Source: Octopus vulgaris (Eukaryota). From it: 64,000 nt of DNA. The notes under the pieces were generated by a model. That model was not told where the DNA came from, ran no database searches, and saw only the letters and a program-made list of their open reading frames with translations. The position numbers and the translations under genes were made by a program. Location: positions 148,490,001-148,554,000 of the forward strand of contig OX597817.1 in assembly GCA_951406725.2 (NCBI GenBank), in the 5' to 3' direction. Each line of letters starts with the position of its first letter. Positions within the stretch are counted from its first letter, which is position 1. Shown piece after piece: positions 13,195-27,862 of the stretch.

Positions 13195-14119
13195 GTTGCA
13201 TCTAAGGTTACTATATCCATCCGTTATTTTGATTACCATCACCATATATATCATTTGTAACAAAAAATTATGATTGTTGTCGATGCGACTTCATCCTCCT
13301 TATATCATCCCTAACATCAATTCTTTTATAGATATTTGCCCTTTTATTTCTGGCCTTAAAATTAAAACATAACCACCACCACCAACAACAACAACAACAA
13401 CAACAACAATAAAATGCTGGTGAGAAACAAAACCCTTGAAAAATGTTAAAACAACAGAAACCGCACAACAAACGTAAGCTCAAGGAAAATCATTCAATAT
13501 GATAACAAGTAATAACTTTTATTGGTGTCATAACATTTGACATGTAGCAGAAAAACAACATCACATTAATGGCCTTTACTTGGTTTTAATATTTTAAGTG
13601 TTTTCATTTATTTTTCCTTCGCTTGTCCTCTTTACTGCATGCATCCAGATTATTCTCATTTTTCATATTTTTTCTGAAAAAAAATCTTCATTCCACTTAT
13701 TAATGTTGAAATGTCACCTTTCAACCTTTCGTTTATTGTTATTACGAATCATTTGACATTCAAAAAATAAATAAATAAATGAATAAATAAATAAACAATT
13801 ACAAATAGCTATTCAGCAAATTAATCCACGTGTTTGTCTAACATTACAAACTTCCACCATCAACATCACTGCTACCACCAACATCATCACCACCATCACC
13901 AAAAAACAACAACCCTAACTTCACCTCTTTGCCTCTACTACACCATCATCTACATCAGCACCATCAACAACAGCGATAACACCAATCAAATGGTCACCAG
14001 CTTCTCATTTATCCCCTGAGTATAGGCATAATAATCGTGAACAGTAAAGTCAACATCTTGATACCACTTATAATCTCAGTGAGAAATTATTATTATTATT
14101 ATTATTGTTATTATTATTA

Positions 14120-14181
<62 letters not shown>

Positions 14182-14262
14182 ATCCTCCACCTCACTAGTT
14201 TATAAAGAGAAACCTTTTCTATACAACAGTGATATATGCACACACATGTATATACATGTATG

Positions 14263-14296
<34 letters not shown>

Positions 14297-14339
14297 AGTT
14301 TGTGTGTATATGTATATATATTTATATGCATATACACAG

Positions 14340-14380
<41 letters not shown>

Positions 14381-14427
14381 CATACACACCTGTATATGTA
14401 TATACATATCTACATGTATATATATAC

Positions 14428-14477
<50 letters not shown>

Positions 14478-15154
14478 AAATATACATATATACATGTATA
14501 TATATACATATATATATACATGTATACGTGTATATGTATATATGTGTTTATGCATGCACGCGCGTATGTATCATTGTTTCCTTCTGAAAAAGTCAAACAA
14601 ATACAGCGTCGATATCTTTCGTTGTCCCTTAATACTTAATACTTAATACATTTTAGAAAGTTCAGAGACCACGTCGTGAAAAATCTGATATTCAAACAAT
14701 TTCACTGGTATTCATATGAAAGATTGATATGTTTTAATATATCTGATGACATTCAATCTTGTTCGTTGCTGTAAGTCATGCCTATCAAAATATGCTTTGT
14801 TTTCTTTTGTTTATGCCATGGCTAAATGTCACATATACTATCGATCGGATAAACTCCTCTTAAATCTATATTGATGGTAATAATAATCCTCAAGAGTACG
14901 TCATTGTTTGTGGATTGGTTTCAACTAAAATATGCGACCAGATTCTTGTTCTGCTATTAGTTGATGACACATAATTATTTTAATAACTGTCATGTGTTGG
15001 AATCTAGGTTCAACTTCTATGAACGACAAGAATGCATTATTATTATTATTATAATCACCCCCAGGGCACTGGGTGTGTCTCGGCAAATGACTGTAACAAA
15101 CATGCAGATGAAAAGCAAAGTATTACTATTTATTATTATTATTATTATTATTAC

Positions 15155-15188
<34 letters not shown>

Positions 15189-15741
15189 GAATGAGAGAGC
15201 GGTGCATGCCTTCGAAGTAACACTGGAGTACAAATGTACGAAGAGCAGTATACCCATCATGACTACCCGTCTGATAAGGGTACACTAGGCACATACATCA
15301 CAACCATATGTGCGCGACTTAGTGATCTCATATCAAGGTAAACAGCATATGACCTTGCAGATGGGGCCCATTAGAATTTTCTTCTTGTCGAGTAACCCAT
15401 CCTGCTCAAAAGGTCCCTGAATAAGGATTGTTTAAGGATGCTGAACGAAACACCCATGTTTCCAGAGATGAATTATTCAAACCCCAAGGAATCCGTCTCA
15501 ACACATGGGTATGATGCCTCACCACTACTTCTGCTCATGATCAGAGATGCACATATCGTCAGCCACTAAGGGACATGCTCAACTGGTTAAGGTCAGAAAA
15601 CTAATAAGCAAATCTGTGGTATTGAGCAGAATATTTACTGAAGCCCATCTTTTATTCCAAGGCAAAATAAAGTACATGATAATACTTCCAATCAGTTAAG
15701 GTCAGAAGCCACGAGAGCCACTGCCTTGGACTGCATCAGGA

Positions 15742-15743
<2 letters not shown>
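15189..15743 (-). mobile_element. Non-coding ~555-bp element inserted in (TAA)n
   Basis: Flanked on both sides by (ATT)n; a shorter copy sharing the same end lies at 53929-54020. Confidence 0.65.
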
Positions 15744-15795
<52 letters not shown>

Positions 15796-15866
15796 CATCA
15801 TCATCTTCATCATCATCATCATTATTATATATAATAATAATATAATAATAATATAATAATAATAAT

Positions 15867-17884
15867 CACACTAACTCTGAACAGTGACAATGAATCCCTA
15901 TATGCTGGTGATGTAAAGATTTCGTGTGGCATTTTCCAGGGTGACTCACTGTCACCACTCCTCTTTTGTTTATCCTTAATACCTCTCTCAAAGCTGCTCA
16001 ATGACGCGCAGTACGGGTATAAAATGTTTGATAAAAATATAAATCATCTCATTTACTTTGATGATTTAAAGCTTTTTGCAAAAAATGACCAACAACTCAA
16101 GGGCTTACTAGCGATAATCAAACAATTCAGTGACGGCATCAGAATGCAATTCGGCCTCGATAAATGTGCAAAAACTACCTTTATCAAAGGAAAAATGACA
16201 GAAACATCTAACGTTAACCTTGACCAGCAGAATGTCATAAAAGAACTAGACCCAGCGGAGAGCTACAAGTACCTAGGGGTAATTGAAGGGAACGGAATAA
16301 GGCATTCAGAGATGAAGGAAAGGATCAGGAGAGAATGCTATCGAAGAGTGAGAGCAATACTCAAGACAGAGCTGAATGCAAGAAACAGGATCGAAGCGAT
16401 CAATGCATTAGCCATAGCAGTCGTGACTTACAGTTTCAATATTGTTAACTGGTCAACTGCTTGTTAACTGGTTAACTGCTTGGAACCGCTCGAATACTCC
16501 GGAAGGGCCTCGAAAAATAAGAGGTATTACCTTCGGTCACTGGTAGTGAACAGCTGACACTGAAATATATCAGCTCGACAGAAAAATAAGGAAACTGTTG
16601 ACAATGCATAGAATGCACCACCCTAAGCAGATACAGAACGACTCTATCTGCCAAGAAAAGAGGGAGGCCGTGGTCTTTTGCAACTGGCAATAACAATGAA
16701 GATTGCTACAATTGGCCTAGACACCTACCTGAAAAACTCTGAGGACTGGATGTTAAAACTTGTCTCAAAACATGAAAACAAGAAAGCATCATACTCAGTC
16801 ACAAAACAGGCAAAGGAATATCTAAGTGAATTCCGAATACAACCAATCTCGGAATTAGAGATAGACATACAAGAAACAAGCACAGAAAAAGCTAGGCTAT
16901 GAAAACCCGTACCAAAACTGCGGCCTTAGATATTCTAAATAATAAATGGCAAGAAAAACCTCTCTATGGCAAATACCCAAAGAGAGCGAATAATGCAGAT
17001 ATTGACAAAGCCCTGGCCCATCAATGGCTAATGGCCTCTGGCTTAAAATCTGAAACAGAGGGGTTTATCATAGCAGCTCAAGATCAATGCCTACCAACAA
17101 GAAACTACCAGGCCAACATATTAAAGAACGGCAGTAGCCCAACATGTCGTGTATGCCGACAACAAAATGAAACCATTGACCATGTTGTCTCCAAATGCAG
17201 TCTTCTAGCGCCTACAGAGTACCTCAACAGGCATAATAGAGCAGCACAATATATTCACTGGGTAATTTGCAAAAACCTGGATTTGCCCCATGAAAAAAAC
17301 TGGTGGGAACACAATCCACCTCCAGCGCTTGAAAAGGACCACATCTCACTCCTCTGGAACTTCACCATTCAAACTGACAGGAAGATAGATGCAAATAGGC
17401 CAGACATCATATTGAAAGACTTCAGACAAAGAACATGCCTCCTCATTGAGATGACTGTCCCAATCGATATAAACGTATCTGTCAAGACCTACCAAAAACT
17501 GAGCAAATACAAAGATCTTGAAATAGAAATCAGCAAAATGTGGAAGCTGAAGACTAAAACAATACCTGTTGTCATAGGTGCCCTGGGAATGATAGCGAAA
17601 GGGACTAATTGCTACCTAACTCAGATACCAGGAAACCCCAAAATGGCAGAAATTCAAAAGATAGTGCTCATGGGAACTGCTCATATCCTACGCAAAATAC
17701 GCTCTATGTAATCCCAAGGTTTAAAACAGACCTTTTTTTTTTTTTAATTGTTCACTAGTACAACACCAAGAAAGGAAAAAAAAACAAATATGTGGCACAG
17801 AACTTCAAACCTGTTGTCTCTTGAGGTCTCTGGGTGAGACTTGGAGCCAACTTGTACAGACGTAAAGCAAAAGTCAAACATAGA
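15867..17884 (+). mobile_element. R4/Dong-type (RLE) non-LTR retrotransposon, family A, 5'-truncated
   Basis: GIFQGDSLSPLLFC, INHLIYFDDLKL, YKYLG; CCHC CRVCRQQNETIDHVVSKC; RHN; RPDII..IEMTVP..KLSKY endonuclease; (TAA)n flanks. Confidence 0.93.
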
Positions 17885-17898
17885 ATAATAATAATAAT

Positions 17899-20245
<2,347 letters not shown>

Positions 20246-20249
20246 AACT

Positions 20250-20405
20250 CAGTTACTTACATTATTTACATTTGACGGATATTTGTAGTTAGCAGCTTGT
20301 TTATGGTTAGCATAAAGTTTCGGCTGATATACCCTCCAGCCTTCATCAGGTGTCTTGGAGAAATTTTGAACCTGGTTTCTCATTCCTAAGGTAATTTTCG
20401 ATGTT
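20250..20405 (-). mobile_element. pLTR-like mini-element with hammerhead motif (20308-20355)
   Basis: Minus strand CTGATGA-A-GGCTG-gagggtatat-CAGCC-GAAAC; stem III appears mutated. Confidence 0.65.
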
Positions 20406-20409
20406 ATGA

Positions 20410-22508
20410 TTAGCTGCACAGCTCAACACCTTGTTAAATGCCGACTGAGTGACACCAGAGTGGATGACAATGCGTAGGACAGAGCTGTGCTTGCAAAACA
20501 TCGCTAAAGGCAATACGATAGACAATTAGAGGCCGACATCCTGCTTACGACGTATGTTGAAATTATTGCCTGGAATAGTCGCAGAGTCAATGTACGAACA
20601 TTTGGAAAGAGAAATTGAGTCCAGCCACATGAGCAAGCATCAACTCCTGATAGACAAAACTGTACTTAGAGACTGCAAGAGGAGGAAGACTAATTCAGCC
20701 ATGTCATAGATCGCTTATCGTAAGGCATAGGATGTGATCCCAGATTCTTGGATTATGGAATGTATGAACCTATTTGGTATTGCATCGAATGTTGAGCTAA
20801 TGCTTGGAAAAAGTATGGCGAAGTGGTGGACGGAACTGACAGCATATGGAAGAAGTTTAGGGAAATAGAAATCAGGAGGGGCATCTTCCAAGGGGACTGC
20901 CTGTCCCCACTGACCTTTGTACTGTGCATGATACCACTAACAATGATTCTGAGGAAACCAAAGACTTGGTATATATTGAAAAGCCCCCAGCTAAAATTCA
21001 ACCACTTGTTATACATAGAAAACCTCAAATTTTATGGTAAAGATGAATTACAAGTCAGTTCCCTCGTTGACACAGTGTATACTATCAAACATTAGTAGTT
21101 CGAACTGAAAATGCGTGGTGAGTTGGGCTTCAACAGAAGCAACATCAAATGTATGGACGGGCTAGCGATACCATCGGGGCGAGGTTACGAAGCAGATAGA
21201 AGAGATAGGCTATAAGTACTTGGGAATATTGGAAATGAATAAATTGATGGAGAAAGAAATTACAGAGAAAGTTAATGTGGGGTACATGCGCATACTGATA
21301 CTGATCTTTAAGTTAAAATTAAATGAATGGAATAAGATTGAAGCTATCAACACCTGGGCGGCTTCATTCCTTGGGTATGGAGCAGAGGTAATCACATGGA
21401 CAGTAGACGAACTAAACTGCTTAGACAGAAATACAAGGAAGTTGCTGACTAGATATGGGATACATACAGAGAGACTGTATGTACCAAGAAAAAGGCGGGA
21501 AGAGGACCGATTGGATGCGAACACTGCGTTAGAGCAGAAGAAAACAACATAGCATGGTATGTAAAATATGCCACAGAACAGTTATTACTGAAAATAAGAG
21601 GGTCAGGCTTGTGAAGGATGGAAGCTTGCAAAGATAAAGCACTGTACAAGAATTTGAGAATGAATGAAACTGAAAATAGTTGGATAAAGAAAAGAATACA
21701 TGGACAATCTCATAGGGATGTTCAAGGCAAGACAGACTGAGAAAAAAAGATGGCTATCGATGACTAAAAGTGATTTAAAACCGTAAACAGATGCTCTAAT
21801 CTGTGTTGCCCAAGAGCGAGCATTAAGAACAAACCACAGAATAGACAACATATCTGAAAGTGATAAGTGCAGAATTTGTGGATAAAACGGTGAACCGTAT
21901 GGCATATTATTAGTCAATGTACGCCACTAGACCAGAAATAATATAAGAGACGTCATGCCAATATAGCAACGATTGTCCATTGGATACTTTACAACAAGTA
22001 TAGACTTGACAGAACAAAAACGTAGTACGAACATAAACCCGAAGGCATAATCGAAAATGATAACGCAAAAATCCTATGGGATTTTATGATTCAGTACGAC
22101 CATGAGATAGAGAATAGGAAACCAGACGTAGTGTTAATAGTGAACGAAAGCAAACAATACTGGATCATAGATATAGCATGCCCAGCTGACAACAATGTAT
22201 GCGATAAGGAAGAAAGAAAATCGATAGATATGAGAGGTTAGCTTGGGAGATTAAGCAGTTGTGGTCGATGAAAAGGTGATAGTAGTACCAATAATTGTCG
22301 GAGCCCTATGAACAATGAGTAAAAATCTTGAGAAGTACATGGAACAAATAGGGGCTGCAATAAGGGTGGAGTACTTGTAGAAAACCGCACTGCTTCGAAC
22401 CGCTTGAATACTCCGGATGGCGCCCGAAAAATAAGGGTGTTACCTTAGTTCACAGTGAACAGCTGACACCGCAGTACATCTCTAGCGTTAGAAGCTGTGC
22501 AAAGACAA
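20410..22508 (+). mobile_element. RLE LINE family B, long decayed copy
   Basis: RRGIFQGDCLSPLTFVLCMIPL, NHLLY, YKYLG, NKIEAINTWA, RLYVPRK, CRIC..ETVWHIISQC, ILWDF, KPDV..IIDIACP; 3'UTR same as 18.2 kb; ends in (TAA)n. Confidence 0.9.
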
Positions 22509-22511
22509 TAA

Positions 22512-22577
<66 letters not shown>

Positions 22578-22578
<1 letters not shown>

Positions 22579-22656
22579 CCATGGAAATCCCATGCAAAAT
22601 TGATGTCTTGCAAAAAGCAGCCTTATTGGGCACAGCGCACATCACTGTGTTACGAA
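22578..22656 (+). mobile_element. Tiny RLE LINE C-terminal fragment in (TAA)n
   Basis: LQKAALLGTAHI, homologous to the C-termini of families A and B. Confidence 0.6.
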
Positions 22657-22657
22657 G

Positions 22658-22721
<64 letters not shown>

Positions 22722-23654
22722 CCTTTTTACTGGAGGTACAGGCCTGGAAATTTTGAGAGAGAGAGAGAGGGGGGTATTGTTTAATTTATTGCTAAAAAAA
22801 GTTTAAAGGCAAATTTTCTGCAAAATTTGGAAAAAATTAAACATTTAAAATTTAATTCAAACTGCTGTAGAAAGATATAAAAGCAATTTAATATTTAAGT
22901 TAAAATAGTTAAATAATTGTAGGGTAGGAGGAGAATTCATGGTTAACCAATAATTACTACCGGCCTGATAAGTGCGTGTAATGTAAATTTTTAATTAATA
23001 GAGGCGCTAAATGCAGTTTTATGAGTGGACAGATTGTGAAGGAAGAGATGGCGGTGGGAAAAGAAAAACGAAAACGACAGAGAGATAGAAAGATGGAGAA
23101 GTGAAAGGTTGGTCGTTAATAAAGAAATATCGGTGATTGTGTGAGGTAAGATGAAAAGAAGGGAGTCGAAGAGACAGAAGTGAGGAAAGGAGTAATAGCA
23201 GAAATTAGGGTGCGGGTTTGCTGTGGTGTCAGGCTGAAGGGAGAGGGAACAGGAAGTAGAGAGGATGATAGAGAAATGGTTGGAGTAAAGGATTCAGAGC
23301 TAATGTGGACGAGCTTAAAAGCTGATAGCAAAGAGTAGAACACACGGGTGATGAATGGCGAATATTGATAGGAAGTCAGGTGAGAATGGGAACTGAAAGG
23401 TGAGGTGGGAGAAATTTCAAGGATGAGGTATTATTATAAATTTGGTGGTGCCTGTTAAAGGAATGTGCTGTCGATGGACAGGAGAGATGGTCGGCAAGGT
23501 AGAAAACTGAAAGCATCGGAGTATTTGTTTTGAATCTCTATTCTTAAAGTTCAAATCATGCTCAAGTCGATATAAAAGTGACAATCGAATACTGCGGATT
23601 GACGGATATGCAAGACTACAAGACTAGATGCCTTGATATATATATTCCACTATA

Positions 23655-23875
23655 AGGCGGCGAGCTGGCAGAAACGATAACACGCCGGGCGAAATGCTTA
23701 ACAGTATTTCGTTTGTCCTTACGTTCTGAGTTCAAATTCTGCCGAGGTCGACTTTGCCTTTCATCTTTTGGGGGTCGATTAAATAAGTACCACTTGCGCA
23801 CTGGGGTCGATATAATCGACAATCCGTTTGTCTGTCATTGCTTCTCCCCTCTGTGGACAGTAAAAAAACATAAGA
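23655..23875 (+). mobile_element. SINE family S2
   Basis: GGCGGCGAGCTGGCAGAA head, GAGTTCAAATT B-box-like motif, GCCTTTCATC..GGGGTCGAT..AAGTACC central domain; many copies in the window. Confidence 0.88.
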
Positions 23876-25087
23876 TATATAGAAACAAACACGTATATAC
23901 TGTTATTACCCATTTTTGTCTCGGATTTCATTTAACGTTTCGATACGAAACGTTGTAGCAAAAGCTCAGTGCTGGCTATAATTCACAAAGAAATAACCTT
24001 AACAAAATTATGATTTATTTAGGAACTTTCTCTAAGAATATATAATAGGTAATAAGTGGGTTTAAATAAAGTAAAGCGATCAATTAAAATTAATGCTAAT
24101 GGGTATTTAAAGTGGTTCATAATGAGCATCTCAATGTATACTGTAAATCGAAATTATGGTACTCTAGGATTAGTGTTATCTTATTTTCAAACATCTTCTC
24201 TAGACTGGGAGGTGTTTTTTCATCGAAAACACAGAGTTTTAATGCTCTATTCTCCTGAAACTCTGCCCCTTCCTCCGAAACTTAGAGTTTGCACTAACCA
24301 TATTTACTCAACTTTTCTGTTTACTAATTTACTCTTTCTCTAAATATTCTATTCCTATCTTGCCTCAGACTCTCTCCTCACATAGCTGTCAAACGTCTAC
24401 GCTACCTTTCATATTTTACGCCTCTTTCTCACTGATGAATAAAAAATTTAAGCACCTACAAAATGTGTCACCGACATCACATTAATCATGAAACACACCT
24501 ACACACAAACAGAGTTTCCTTACACAGCTGTTTTTTCCTTTCTCATACGCTTTCCTTATCTCCATTTTTTTTGTTTGTTTGATTCCTTCTTTATAAGCTC
24601 TTTATGCATTTATTAAGCTAGATATTTAAAGATGTCGAAACGTAAAAAGTGCGAAACTGTAAACAGTATATTCTCCTTCACTTCATGTTATTTACAAGAT
24701 AGATTTTTAAATGTGCGCATGCACACAGACACACACATCCACAAACACATACACACACACACATACACACATACACACACCAATACACACACATATATAA
24801 ATTATTTTTATATATAACTTTTCATAAAAAAACAAATATTAACATCTGACTCTTGATGTTTGTGTGTACCTACGTGTGTGTGTATGCTTGTGAGTGTACC
24901 TGCGTGTGTGTGTGTCTGTGTGTGTACCTGCGTATGTGCGTGTTTGTGTGTGTACCTGCGTGTGTGTGTTTGTGTGTGTACCTGCGTGTGTGTGTGTGTT
25001 TGTGTGTGCACCTCTGTGTGTGTGTGTGTGTTTGTGTGTGTACCTGTATCTGTGTGTTTGTGTGAGTGTTTGTGTGTGTGTGTGTTA

Positions 25088-25149
<62 letters not shown>

Positions 25150-25343
25150 TATCAGTACATTGAATAACTATACGATGAATAAGTGTATAAAACTTTGTAA
25201 GGTATAATCGATGCTGTTTAGCTGCCTGCCAACTCTGAATGAGCAGAATTATGTTCAAAGATATTCCAGCCTGTAATACCGGTATTTTAATTTATAAAGA
25301 ATACCATTATAGAACGCCATACGCATTATACGAAATTCATGTA

Positions 25344-25542
25344 CACGAAGGGAGGTGGGCTGAAAAGTTTCTGGCTTTGGGAATAAAAAAAATACAGGAG
25401 GATCAGTTAATTATGATTTAATCCAACATACTCCCCTCTCAAATTTACACAATTATTTCAGCAGTACTTTATTTTTATAAGCCCTTCAATACGGTCTTTC
25501 GTAATACTCTTAACGCCCGGAATTTTTCACCACGCTCCCGCA
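25344..25542. mobile_element. Decayed mariner/Tc1-type MITE
   Basis: Imperfect TIRs cacgaagggaggtgggctgaaaagtttctgg / ccggaatttttcaccacgctcccgca. Confidence 0.45.
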
Positions 25543-26059
25543 CATGCTCCTGTATGTACATATATATATATATATATATATAATATTAAATTAGATATAA
25601 AACCACTATTAGGCAAATTATACAATGAAAAACTAGATGTAAATATAGTAGATGTAAATACCTAGATGTAAATATACATAGTCAATAGTACATCATATTA
25701 CTTCATAATAGTTTCCAAAGTGTCATTAAAGTTAGTATCATTATCGTTGTCAATATAATGACAATATATTGAAGTAATATAATGTGCTATTGACTATGTA
25801 TATTTACATCTAGGTATTAATTTGTGTACGTTTATTATCACAATATTAAGTCGAAAAACTGAGACATTGGGTGTGGAACACATATATATATTTACTAATT
25901 TATATTTTTTATTAATATCATTATGTATATGTATATTTGTTATGTGTATAGGAGTGTGAGTATATGCACTCATATGCATATATATATCTATATATGTTGC
26001 ATTGTGGGTACACACCCACACCTATGTGGGTATATGTGTAGACTGTGTTATATTACATA

Positions 26060-26186
26060 ATCTCCGAAGAGGCCTTGTGATATTTTTGTTAATGTCACAT
26101 TTATATCTATATATTGACCAACCATAAAGGGCTAATATTGGTAAAATGAGACAAAATTATCGACATGGCCGAAACAGCTGTAAGAT
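26060..26186 (+). ncRNA. Minimal hammerhead-like motif with extended stem II, inside a pLTR-like element (~25580-26530)
   Basis: ATCT-CCGAAGA-GGCC...GGCC-GAAA-CAGCTG-TA-AGAT; palindromic stem III; U4C core variant. Confidence 0.6.
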
Positions 26187-26609
26187 CTAATGTATACTTA
26201 TATTTATATTTACTTGTATTTATATTCTTTTTTATATATATTCTAATTATTATACAACATCACTCTTTTATGTATACTTTTACATGTACATTCTTTTATG
26301 TACACTGATTTGTTCTGCTTTTGCTTTTTATATTTAACCCTACAGTCTCTTATGTGGTGGTTTAATAAGGTATGTGATTGAGTATTATCTGGTAATTGAT
26401 ATTTGATTTAGATGTATTTCTCCATTTTCTTATCTTGTATTAGTAATTTGTGGTAAATCACTTTACCTTTGCCCATATAATACAGTAAATGAATTGATTG
26501 CATCGCAATCATTAACATTTATGTATTAACTTTGTTGGGTACTTCCCTAGCAGTATATTGAATATACGTTATCCCATAGAGGGTTGCATTTACAACCCCT
26601 ATCTCAATT

Positions 26610-26654
<45 letters not shown>

Positions 26655-26656
<2 letters not shown>

Positions 26657-26903
26657 ATTGTCCCGAGGGAGATCAAAGAGGAAAAGGATCCCATCAACTT
26701 CAAACAGAGTCTGGATAGATTCCTTCAAAGAATACCAGATAAGCCACCCATAATTGGATACAACTCACCCGACAAGAACTCACTACTTGAACAAAACTTG
26801 ACTTAAACAGGATTCGAATAATCCTATCAGGTGGTGCTATTAAGTTAGACATGGCCTGGACCAATCTCTGGTCGAAACATATCTAAGTTTTATCTAAGTT
26901 TTA
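26655..26903 (+). mobile_element. CR1/L2-group LINE 3' fragment
   Basis: NIVPREIKEEKDPINFKQSLDRFLQRIPDKPP..NSLLE; conserved 3'UTR and (ATCTAAGTTTT)x2 tail; (TA)n flanks. Confidence 0.88.
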
Positions 26904-27190
26904 TATATATATATGCATGTATGTATGTAATTATGTCTGTGTTTGTCCCCCTAAGCTCGCGGTTCGGCAAATGAGGCCGTTTTAAGTACTAGGCTTACAA
27001 ACATTAAGTCTATATTCTATATAAAGATATATATATGTATGTGTTTGGAAAAGGGTTGGAGGTATACTTGATGCCTTAACAGGCGGGCCAGATACTGCGA
27101 CTGGGTCTCAAAATCCTGATATATATATATATATATATATTATGCACATTATAATATATATATATATATGTCTGTGTATGTGTATATATT

Positions 27191-27280
<90 letters not shown>

Positions 27281-27282
<2 letters not shown>

Positions 27283-27353
27283 CTAAGCTTTGGGCCATTA
27301 TAGGCCCAACCCATATCTAACTTAAAAGCACCAACTGCTGAAGTCTTTTAGTC
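27281..27353 (-). mobile_element. CR1/L2-group LINE 3'UTR tip
   Basis: Reverse complement aaagacttcagcagttggtgcttttaagttagatatgggttgggcctataatggccc matches 6655-6712. Confidence 0.7.
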
Positions 27354-27354
27354 A

Positions 27355-27580
27355 TATCTCGGGCACAATGGCTCGTGACTGCGTGTGTATCGTTGGCGAT
27401 TTTGTTTCTCCGTCTTCCCTTTTTGGGACTTTTTCTGTATTTCTGATGAGAAGCTCCGCTCAAAACGTGCAATGATCTTTCTTTTCTATCCTTTCCTGAG
27501 TGTCCAATAAGACTGCTTATTCCACGTGCTTATTTCTCGCGATGTTGTTTTTCCGTTCTTGTTCATGTTTGGATGAAGTA
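27355..27580 (+). mobile_element. Family P1 mini-element
   Basis: CTGATGA-gaagc-tcc-gctc-AAAA-cgt at 27443-27468 (GAAA mutated); homologous to 12955-13155. Confidence 0.6.
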
Positions 27581-27592
27581 TATATATGTGTG

Positions 27593-27643
<51 letters not shown>

Positions 27644-27645
<2 letters not shown>

Positions 27646-27708
27646 AACTTAGCCAGTATTTTGGCCAGTATCGGCCCAGGCCATGTGTATTAAGTTAGCA
27701 CCACCTGG
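27644..27708 (-). mobile_element. CR1/L2-group LINE 3' tail fused downstream of U6
   Basis: ccaggtggtgcta...catggcctgggccgatactggccaaaa...ctaagtt matches 6665-6727. Confidence 0.88.
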
Positions 27709-27714
27709 CTAGAG

Positions 27715-27820
27715 AAATATGGAACGCTTCACGAATTTGCGCGTCATCCTCGCGCAGGGGCCATGTTATTCTTCTCTGTATCGTTCCAATTTTTAGTATA
27801 TGTACTTTCGAAGCAAGTAC
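27715..27820 (-). pseudogene. U6: Full-length U6 snRNA retrocopy (5' part of a U6/LINE chimera)
   Basis: Minus strand GTACTTGCTTCGAAAGTACATATACTAAAAATTGGAACGATACAGAGAAGAATAACATGGCCCCTGCGCGAGGATGACGCGCAAATTCGTGAAGCGTTCCATATTT. ACAGAGA box intact, catalytic AGC changed to AAC, upstream is (TA)n rather than PSE/TATA. Confidence 0.95.
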
Positions 27821-27823
27821 CTA

Positions 27824-27860
<37 letters not shown>

Positions 27861-27862
<2 letters not shown>

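Noticed and set aside
22810-24700. Possible Penelope remnants and a split hammerhead (ctgatga at 24432, gaaacg near 24637)
   Set aside because: Too decayed; no convincing stems or protein motifs
26855-26880. Hammerhead from gacc..ggtc-GAAAC in the LINE 3'UTR
   Set aside because: No upstream CUGANGA core, and GAAA is not conserved in other copies
27715-27820. Functional U6 snRNA gene
   Set aside because: AGC triad mutated, no PSE/TATA upstream, no full oligo-T terminator, fused to a LINE tail
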